64,000 nt of DNA. Origin: Antedon mediterranea (taxonomy: Eukaryota; Animalia; Echinodermata). The stretch is taken from contig NC_092672.1 in assembly GCF_964355755.1 (NCBI RefSeq), forward strand, positions 32,308,437 to 32,372,436, read 5' to 3'. The notes beneath the pieces were generated by a model, which searched no databases, was not told where the DNA came from, and saw only the letters and a list, made by a program, of their open reading frames with translations. Numbering within the stretch: the first letter of the stretch is position 1; each line of letters opens with the position of its first letter. The position numbers and the translations under genes were made by a program. Positions 12,561 to 22,600 of this stretch are shown piece by piece.

Positions 12561-13574
12561 CAAAAAATAAAAGGGTAAAAAATCGGCCATTTTTCGAAAA
12601 TTTCCCTGTACTATAGTACAGGTATTTTTCCGAAAAAATTGCCAATTTTCGACCTTTTTATTTTTCGAAAAAACTGGTTACTATAGCACAATTAGCATGC
12701 GCAGAACCAATTAGTCGACTCTGCGCATGTTTATTATGCTATAGTAACAATTTATGTCAAAACTGGTTACTATAGCACAATTGACATGCGCAGAGTCGAA
12801 TAATGGGTTCTGCGCATGTCAATTGTGCTATATTTATGTCAAATATGGTTATAATAGCACAATTGACATGCGCAGAACCCATTATTCGACTCTGCGCATG
12901 TTTATTATGCAATAGTAACCATTTATGTCAAAAACTAAAAGGGTAAAAAATCGGCCATTTTTCGAAAATTTCCCTGTACTATAGGCCTCCTAGTACAGGG
13001 ATTTTTTCGAAAAAAAATGGCAAATTTTCGACCTTTTTATTTTTCGATAAAACTGGTTACTATAGCACAATTAGCATGCGCAGAACCCATTAGTCGACTC
13101 TGCGCATGTTTATTATGCTATAGTAACCATTTATGTCAAAAACTAAAAGGGTAAAAATTCGGCCATTTTTCGAAAATTTCCCTGTACTATATAGTACAGG
13201 GATTTTTTTTTAAAAATGGCAAATTTTTTAGCTTTTTATTTTTCGTTAAAACTGGTTACTATAGCACAATTAACATGCGCAGAACTCATTAGTCGACTCT
13301 GCGCATGTTTATTATGCTATAGTAACAATTTATGTCAAAACTGGTTACTATAGCACAATTGACATGCGCAGAACCCATTATTCGACTCTGCGCATGTTTA
13401 TTATGCAATAGTAACTATTTATGTCAAAAACTAAAAGGGTAAAAAATCGGCCATTTTTCGAAAATTTCCTAGTAGTATATAGTATAGTATTTTCAAAAAA
13501 TGGCCAATTTTCGACCTTTTTATTTTTCGATAAAACTGGTTACTATAGCACAATTAGCATGCGCAGAACCCATT
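12561..13574. repeat. Array of two alternating palindromic units (A ~87 bp, B ~110 bp), interrupted by the LINE and resuming at 16953-17073
   Basis: A = GGTTACTATAGCA..CATGCGCAGA-loop-TCTGCGCATG..TGCTATAGTAACC. B = AAAAGGGT..GGCCATTTTTCGAAAA..CCCTGTACTATAGTACAGG..TTTTCGAAAAA..GCCA..ACCTTTT. Order: B A A* A B A B A A B a|insertion|a A. Confidence 0.9.
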
Positions 13575-16500
13575 ATTTTTATTTTTTTTTTTTTATTTTT
13601 ATTTTATTCAATTAAAACCAACAGCGATAAATACCGCCACTAACAGGTTTGAAACATAAAACAATACAACATCAAAAACGGTTAACAATAAAATACAGAT
13701 AAAATATATAAATATATATATAAAACATAGATTGGCATGCCATAAAAAATTTCAATTAAAACAGGTTATGCAGACTGTTCAAGAAGTGAACACATCATCG
13801 TCCTCTTAAAATAACCAAGTCTATCATTAAAAATATCGATATGATTGCTATTTAGATTATTAAATGTATAAGGTAGTCTATGAAAAAGTCCCCTCTTAGT
13901 ACAGTCGACACGGCTAAAAGGAATATGCAATAAATGTCTATTTCGTGTACGACCAGGAACAAACTAAATAGTGAAATTAATGAACAGTCATATTTAGAAT
14001 TTAAAATATTATATAAAAAAACCATATCAGATATCGTTCGACGATTGCTGACAGAATCAATGGAAAAGGCAAAATTAACACAGTTATAAGACAGGAATCG
14101 AACAAACTTCCGTTGAACAGTGTCGATTCGACGGGCCTGACATGGAGAAATTGAATTGAAAATTGCGGAACAATATTCAAGGTGAGGACGTATAATAGAT
14201 TTGTATAAAGATAAAAGTGCCCTGCCGTCGTTCATAAACCTACAATTTCTCCATATTAAGCCCATCATTCTATTAGCTTTTGACAACACATGATTAATAT
14301 GTGAACAAAAATTTAATTTACTATCAATAAAAATACCTAAATCTTTCCATACATAAACCATCTCAAGATCATGTCCACTCAGATTATAATTGAAGAGCAC
14401 AGGCCTTTTTTTAAGTGTTATAGATAAATATTTGCATTTATTAGCATTAAGTTTTATCCCCCACTTCTCCGTCCATTCCACGAGACCATCCAGATCCTCC
14501 TGAAGTGAAAAAGCATCCTGTGGAGTGGTAATCACTTTAAACAATTTCAGATCGTCAGCAAATAAAAGAGACTCGGAATGATTAAATTTTAAAGGAAGAT
14601 CGTTGATAAATAAATTAAACAAAAGCGGGCCCAGGATCGAGCCCTGCGGAACGCCCGATAACACAGGGAGCCAATCAGATGTCTCTCCCCCAATGACAAC
14701 ACGCTGTTGTCTATTAGTTAAATAGCTTTTAAACCAACTTAACAGTGAACCGGATAAACCAAATTTTGAAAGTTTAAAAATAAGCAAATCATGGGAAACG
14801 GAATCAAAAGCCTTAGAGAAATCAGTGTAAATCACATCGCACTGCTTCTTGCTGTTAATTGCATCGTATGATGTAGCAAGAAGCAGTGCGAGGTTGGTTT
14901 GACATGATCTCCCAGAGACAAAACCATGCTGCCTAGGACTTAAAGCATTAGCAACATGTGATGACAAACCATCATGCACAATGCGCTCAAAAATCTTAGA
15001 CATAGTAGGCAATAACGAAATAGGACGATAGTTACAGATTAGTTTTTTGGGACCACTCTTGTGAATTGGGACAATATTAGCGTGTTTCCAAGATGAAGGA
15101 AAAACCCCAGAATTAATAGATAGCTGAAACAATTTGCAAAGCGGATAAGAGAGTGAGGAGGAGGCACCCTTTAAGACAACGTTACTAATCTGATCAATGC
15201 CAGTAGCTTTATTGATATCAATGTTACTAAGTGCCTTTTCCACAGAATGCTGATTCACAGACAGAGAACTTAAGTTATCCACCGCATAGTCAGGAAGACC
15301 TGGATAGTCCCGGGGAACGTCCGGAGAAGGCTCACTGAAAAAAGAATGAAAATAAGAATTAAATGTGGTAGCTTTGTCATAATTAGACTGGAATGAAATG
15401 TTATCGTGACTCATGACAGAAGGAAGATTATTTGACTTGTATTTAGTTTTCATCCAGCTCCAGAATCTTTTACTGTTAGTGACAATTTGCTTAGCCAAAG
15501 AGTCCAAGTAATCTTTGTACTTTTTATTGCACATTTTTTTAAAAGACGCGCGAGCAAATTTGAAATTACTTTGGGCTAACCGATTATTATTTTTTTTCAG
15601 ATATCTATAATACTTTTCTTTGAGTTGAAGCGCACTTCTCAACTCATTGTCAAACCACGGAGGAAGCTTTCTGCGCTTTCTAATTTTAGGCACTGTGTCA
15701 TTGACGGCAGCATTTAACAAATTATAAAACATATCCAAAGCTTCATTTAAATCACCTTCAAAATCAATTAAGACACTCCATGGAACACAGTTAAGAGTAT
15801 TACATAGATTATTGACATCAAGTGCTTTAAAATTGTAAATTATACTTTTACGATTCAAATTATCATTACTACATTTAACATCAAAATTTAAACGGAAATC
15901 AATTCTCAAAGATGAGTGGTCAGATAAAAAAATATCGTTAGCAGTATAGACTTTGTCGGAAATGTTTTTACTACAAATAACAAGATCAAGCATTTTATCC
16001 ATTCTTGTACAGTACGTATTGCATTGAAATAGGCCACAGCTAGAAAGCAATACATCAAGTAAGTGTTCTCCCATGGACTGAGCTGGAGCAGAATAAGGGT
16101 TACTACTCCAATTAATTTCGGGCAGGTTGAAATCTCCAAGAATGAGGAATTCACTGTTTTTGTAGTAGAGCATAGCGATTTCCACAGACGAAGTAAAACG
16201 ACGGAGGACATCGGGTGTAGCGTTTGGTGGTCTATAGAATAATCCAACAAGTAGGCTACTACGCCGCTTTAGCTGAATCTCTATCCACATGAACTCCGTT
16301 GAATCACTTTCTAGGCGTTCCACTCGGTTACAGGTAAATTTGTTATTCACTAGCATCAGGATACCACCACCGCGTTTATCAGTATCTCTATCGCGTCGAA
16401 ATAAAGTGTAATTAGAAACGGAAAGTTCAGAATCGAGCACGTTGCAGTTTAACCATGTTTCCGTAAGTGCAACAATATCCAAATTGCTCTGAATTAGGTG

Positions 16501-16647
16501 TGCATTCAGATCTGAGTTGTATACGTCCATTTTATTCTTCAGGCTACGTACGTTTTGATAGTATACCTTAACTGAAGATGTCTGAGTATTACCTGGACCT
16601 GGATTCGATTCAACATCGCCACTTAAAAGAATACAGAATGTAACAAT
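13575..16647 (-). mobile_element. 5'-truncated non-LTR retrotransposon (CR1/L2 group) with ORF2 = 2A-like peptide + APE endonuclease + reverse transcriptase
   Basis: APE motifs (YQNVRSL, ALTETWL, RGGG, YRPP, LGDFN, LDLV, SDH) and RT motifs (NYRPISLL, QHGF, DFSKAFDSV, GVPQGSILGPLLF, FADD, DLG). A-rich tail at 13575-13610. A frameshift near 13960 shifts the natural C-terminus (VPGRTRNRHLLHIPFSR..LFHRLPYTFNNL, stop at about 13766) out of the 941-aa ORF. Confidence 0.95.
16594..16647 (-). other. 2A-like ribosomal stop-go (skipping) sequence IVTFCILLSGDVESNPGP
   Basis: Exact D-[V/I]-E-x-N-P-G-P consensus (16617-16594) preceded by the typical hydrophobic LL-x-G run, directly upstream of the APE domain. 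Confidence 0.85.
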
Positions 16648-16955
16648 CTTCCCTGATAGACCTTTTGCGGTCCCCACAACATTTTAAAATTAAGGCTGTA
16701 TATTTCCTGATACGCCTGTGTGCTCATTTAAACAAAATTTTTTTATTACTGTATAGCGCTCGAGTTTTAGTTAATGCGTCTTTCTCATAATTTCTTTTAC
16801 CATATTTTTTTTCCAATGTGGCTATAACTTCTATTGCATCTATTAAGTCTTGGCTACCTAAAAATATAGAGTACATTTATGTTTTTACTGCATTTTGCGT
16901 CGATACGTTGCGTCTACGTCCCTGCGTTGCGTTCTAGTGAGAACCAAGCTTTATT
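16644..16955. repeat. Third copy (~305 bp) of 17578-17888, fused to the LINE 5' end
   Basis: By eye essentially identical to 17578-17888, including indels that distinguish that copy from 10713-10992. Confidence 0.9.
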
Positions 16956-17084
16956 AGTCGACTCTGCGCATGTTTATTATGCTATAGTAACCATTTATGT
17001 CAAAAACTGGTTACTATAGCACAATTGACATGCGCAGAACCCATTATTCGTCTCTGCGCATGTTTATTATGCATATAATAATAA

Positions 17085-17288
17085 TTGTTCTTCCCATCCT
17101 CTTCCCCATCCCTCAACTCTAATTTTATGTACAAAACACAAATTGGGTTTGTTTAAATGAGTTCAAATAAAAAATTTGGACTCATTTTTAAGACAAGGTC
17201 TAATTCCCAGGATGCTAATTTTACATAAATCATAGAGTTTTAACATAAAATTAGAGTTGAGGGATGGGGAAGAGGATGGGAAGAACAA
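17085..17288. mobile_element. Fold-back/MITE-like element with ~46-bp perfect inverted arms
   Basis: TTGTTCTTCCCATCCTCTTCCCCATCCCTCAACTCTAATTTTATGT ... ACATAAAATTAGAGTTGAGGGATGGGGAAGAGGATGGGAAGAACAA. Confidence 0.7.
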
Positions 17289-19144
17289 CTTTTAAATATA
17301 TTCTCTATCCACTCAGTAACGAAATATTGTTTAAAATGTTTTATAGGCCTATCAATAATATACCACTAAACACAGTAAAACATTTATGATTTATAATACT
17401 TTTTTAAAACTGTCCCTGTTATAGTCGATTTAAATAAAATAAATAAAAATTCTAGAAATAAACCGAGATTCATCGAATTTTGCCCTTACGTCGCTAGTAA
17501 TAATAATTGTTCGTTCCATGTGTTTAAAAATCATGAACATTGTTTGAAATATCAGGTTTGTATCTGTGTATCAGGTTCAATCTTCCCTGATAGACCTTTT
17601 GCGGTCCCCACAACATTTTAAAATTAAGGCTGTATATTTCCTGATACGCCTGTGTGCTCATTTAAACAAAATTTTTTTATTACTGTATAGCGCTCGAGTT
17701 TTAGTTAATGCGTCTTTCTCATAATTTCTTTTACCATATTTTTTTTCCAATGTGGCTATAACTTCTATTGCATCTATTAAGTCTTGGCTACCTAAAAATA
17801 TAGAGTACATTTATGTTTTTACTGCATTTTGCGTCGATACGTTGCGTCTACGTCCCTGCGTTGCGTTCTAGTGAGAACCAAGCTTTATTCTGATCAACGT
17901 TTCGAACGTTTTTTCTACATAAATAAAGCCAACACTGATGGGATTTCATCTTAATAAAGTTATCAACAACAAAATCTTTCAATTGAAAAAAAACTTTAAA
18001 TTAGTAATTGTAAATTAGTAATTGTAAAAAGAAGTTTCTTACAAGTGTATATGATTACAATAGCTACGAAAGTCAAATTACAATTTATTTTTATAATATT
18101 TGTTAATATTACTTTAACAATTACACATTTCATTCATTTTGTTTAGTATTTATAAATATAAAAGTATTTAGTAAACATATTCTCTAGTTTTACCCAAACT
18201 AACTTGTCGAAATACCGTTTACTGTATTCGTATATTTAACCAACTAATTATAAATAATTATAAATGTATATAATACCACCGTCTATAAGATCACGGCGCT
18301 TACTCTAGAGTTTCCAATTGTGCTATAGTGAGTGGTAAATAAATGCTCGAAGATGACAAACTATATCATATTTTACGCTTAATTTTGTTATACAACACTA
18401 TACTATACGGTACTATAAATATTTTATTTTAAATATTATATAACGCCTAAATAAATTCCTGTCATTTGATTGGACGAGTGTGGGTCACATGGCGTGCAAT
18501 AGTACGCACTATTAAACGATCGTTTAATAGTACTTTTTTTTGTGTACAAAAAAAAATTCTGTTCGCGTCGCCTCGTTGATATTGTTGTGACGTCTTTACT
18601 CTTTTGTTGTACGCAATGACTTATTTGCATATTTTACGAGTAATTTGTAACGTTTCATTATTCACCTCATGCCATTATTTGTACCATTACACTCATAAAC
18701 ATTCATAATTTGTATACTATTTTACGATATCAATTATTCTACTGCAGTAACTACATTCTTTAACCTGATTATGCAATTAGCAAACATTTGTTAATAATCA
18801 TACTGTGTATTGCAGTGATGGACTCATATATTTCTAAACAAATTAGCCTAAATCATACGTTATTCCAGAATAACAAAATAGAATTGATACTAAATTTGAT
18901 TGTTAGACACAACTCAACAATTTATTTTGCCCTCAACAGGCCTATACAATTTTATGATTAAAAATCAAATATAAAATTATGGCTAAACTAAAAAAAAAAA
19001 AAAATGAAATTTAACAAACGCAATGTTACTGAACATTACTGTTGTAGCATAACATGATTTAACCATCATTTGTTTACTAAAGTCTGTAAATGAAATCTTA
19101 GTTCCATATTAACTTAAGTACTAGGCAGGTCAAAATGTAACAAG

Positions 19145-19232
19145 CGTACCATACCGTGCTTATGAACCGTACCATACCGTACTTATGAAGCGTACCATAC
19201 CGTACTTATGAAGCGTACCATACCGTACTTAT
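19145..19232. repeat. 23-bp minisatellite x4
   Basis: CGTACCATACCGTACTTATGAAG units. Confidence 0.85.
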
Positions 19233-19647
19233 TCACATTAATGATGAACAAGTTTACTTGCATTTGCTTAAAGTCATCCCCAAATATGGCAAGTATAACC
19301 TCATGAGTGTCAACACTTGGCAAAGGTCAACAGACCACACTACTGTATGTTACTAGGACCTTCGCGTAATCTCATAAAAATCAGCACATTGTGTCCTGGA
19401 CGCACGCTAAAATCGCACGGAAGAAAGACATCATTCCACTTAACGCTCGCAAAAACATTCCGCCGTAACGGAATACCGCGCAAATTGACGGAATACCGCA
19501 CAATTCTGTGCAAACTGATTTGTTTCCTTAACGAAAAAACCCTCCAAGTTAATTGCAATTCAGTAACAATGTCCCTTACAGCGCATTCCTTCTACTTGCA
19601 TAAAATATCCCATATCGTAGAGTACCAAGAATACAACTAGCTCCATT

Positions 19648-22600
19648 TCAAGCAGTGGTGTCTGCATCATGATGGTTGAAACCGTAGTGGTTGCGTTCTC
19701 CATCGTAATCATTGCCAGCGTACACTGGTGTGGTGTTTTTAGGATTGCCATAATCTCTTTTGCCAGATGATGTCTTCATTGGTATATCTTTTGCATAGTC
19801 AGCATCGTCATCGTAGTCATCTCTTGTCTTGCAGGATTTGAAAACGTCGTTTTTGGTGATATGTACTCTACGTCGAAGTGCTCCACACGCGGAGATACTC
19901 TACAAAAAAACAAAGGTAGTTACAATAGTTACATAATACCAACAGTAGAAGAATATTACATAATTATCATTTAATTGTACCTCTTTTATTCATTGTACAC
20001 ACAACCTAAAAGGAACTACAAATTGATACACACTGTCTTCTAGAATGTCATAAAACGTCTTGAAAACTTACCCAATTTGATGCCCTATAGATTTTAGAAT
20101 GCTGAAGAAACTGTTGGACATGTTTATGAGCAAACTTGTTTCACCGAACATTTTTAATTTAAAACTGGATTTGTATGCCTAGAATGTACTGACGTCCTTT
20201 ATAAACCTTTGTGTTTGTCCACATTATAAAACGCCATAGGTCTATTTTAGGCCTACTCTACTCTGCCAAGTTAATGGTTATGAATGTATTTCTCAAGATC
20301 AAGGAAAATAGAGAAAAAGTGGAAGAGTTCACACCAGCTCCCAAACTAAAGTATGATTCGCTAACCAGGGTGAATGATGAAGTAATGAACTGAAGTATGG
20401 TTATATTTACTTACATTTACACTTGTGCTTCGGCGAGAGTTTCTAGCTTCTTTTAATGACGCCACGATCCAGTCAATAACCAGAAGAACGATTGCGATAC
20501 CAATTCCAACGAACAGAAAGTAAAACACTCCTAGCATCTGACTTATACCAATCTTACTTGGAGTTGCGTTGCTTGCTGAAATTAACGAGAAGTGTATTCT
20601 AAAAGTGTTTGCACTAACAACCCGATTGATGAAGGGAAATGGAAAGATTTAGGAGGAGTTCATGTGGTAACAATCATGGAAAGAGACACGTAAACAAGAG
20701 GAGAAAAAGAGTTGGTACGCTTGACTGCTTCAATAATGATAAAAACTGCTATGACCACCTAACTGTAGACCACCTAAGGAAACTAAGCAATTGGTAGACA
20801 TTATACAGTAGGTGAGGTCTTGAGATTTTCGACCTTATGATCTAGGAACTACTGTAGGAACAAGTCATGTAATTCAGTGTGCACGTTTGGACATGGTTCA
20901 TCAGTGATGCTGGACTTGCATACACCCGACTCCTTGCGTTTCTAATTGAGGAAATAATATGTGATAGAAAGGACCTACCAGCACCGCCGTCGCATCCACC
21001 AGAGAAGTATCTCTTCTGTAATCCGTCCATGAAGTCTGATTGACGAAGCTTCAATATCTCCAAGCTAAATGGTTCCGTGTAAAGTGAGTTACGAGCAAGA
21101 CCCAACCCGTAACCAATCTATGAATAAACAACATGTCAGTTTTATATAAAAGGTAACAGAATGATAACAATAGTAGGACATAGATTGGACATCTTCCATT
21201 GATGAGAAAGCTTATTAGATCTGGTGAAGGAATATTTTTATTCTACTTCTATTAGTTGTTTATTGAACTCTGTCGGCACCAGTCCTGGAAATTTCAAGCA
21301 CACTTTTCAATATATTTACAAGAAACTTGAAAAGTATTTACTTTTCCAAATAGTCGTCCGACAGTTCGAACGTCGCACGGTTCAACGTTGGCCTCATAGT
21401 CAAGAACGGCTGAATCAAATATAAAAGCGTAATTCCCATCGCGGACCGCTTTTATACCTTCCGCTGCTGAGGTCACGTGTGATTGCTGACTATTCATGTA
21501 ACGAGATGCTCTCTGGAACGGGTCTACTTTGGCGTTTTCGAAGTACGCCTGAGGCTGACTGTCCTCCACTGTGCCATATTTCACTGCAGTCTGTCTTGAT
21601 AGATCATCTATTGAGTTGATTCCTGTTGAGAAATTGCAACAATACATTACATCTTTGTTATTCCCCAAACAAACTAACCTCCGTGTATTGTCACAAGATA
21701 TTACCTTCACTAGCCTTTGAAACGGTAAGAAATGCAGCCAAATTGGCCGTGTACGTTGCGATGATGATGGTGACGCCCAGCCACCAGAACGTGGCAACCA
21801 CACGTCCTGCCAACGACTTTGGATTGTTTTCTGCCCCCTAAAAATAAAGAAATAAAGGTTGGGTCTGTCGGACTATTACCAATGATTGAAAGCAGAATAA
21901 TTATGTCTTCTTCACAACTTATCAACATTAAAATAACTTATTCTTTATACCTGTTGTACACCTGCCGCGAACGACCACCACATGGCGTTATATAAATTCA
22001 TACTGTTCCGATCGACGAATTCATCTTTCCTCTTCTCCGGACTTTGTATGTATTCACCGCAATATCCATTGGGGCTGAAGTAGCTGCAACCAGCGACAAG
22101 AAATCCAACAAGTACAACAGTTAATATCACTAAAAAAAAGTAAGGATGAGTGAAAATCATGGTTTAATATGACTTCAGCGGCTTGCATGTTGTTTCTCTT
22201 TCAGCAAATTTAAACCCGGTAAAAGTTGGTAGAAAAATGAATATGAAATGCAGGGTTATTGCTACTTTACGTCAAATGTTTATGTTGGTTGGTCAAGCAG
22301 ATCCCTGCGGAAGCCGTGGGTTAGGTGGATGCGGCTCATTGTGAAGCTTTTGATTCGTGAAACATACCAGCAAACATCAACCGAGTAAAAGTTGGTACAG
22401 AAATGTATAGTAACTGTGAGCTTATTGTTGCTTTATGTTTCACAGTAAAGTACTGGTAGTCGATTAAGCAGGTCCTTGCAGAAGCAACGATTTCTGTCGA
22501 TGCGACTAAATAAGCAGCAGCTGAATACTTACCAGCAAGCCACAGATCCATGCTAAAAGGATCAAGAAATGCAAATAGTCCACTTTCCTTCTTAGATTTG

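Noticed and set aside
16648-16677. MGTAKGLSGK as the genuine N-terminus of the LINE protein
   Set aside because: The start is not ATG and these codons derive from the captured copy of 17578-17888, not from the element.
13852-16677. A fully intact, autonomous LINE
   Set aside because: ORF1 and the 5' UTR are missing, and a frameshift near 13960 removes the natural C-terminus.
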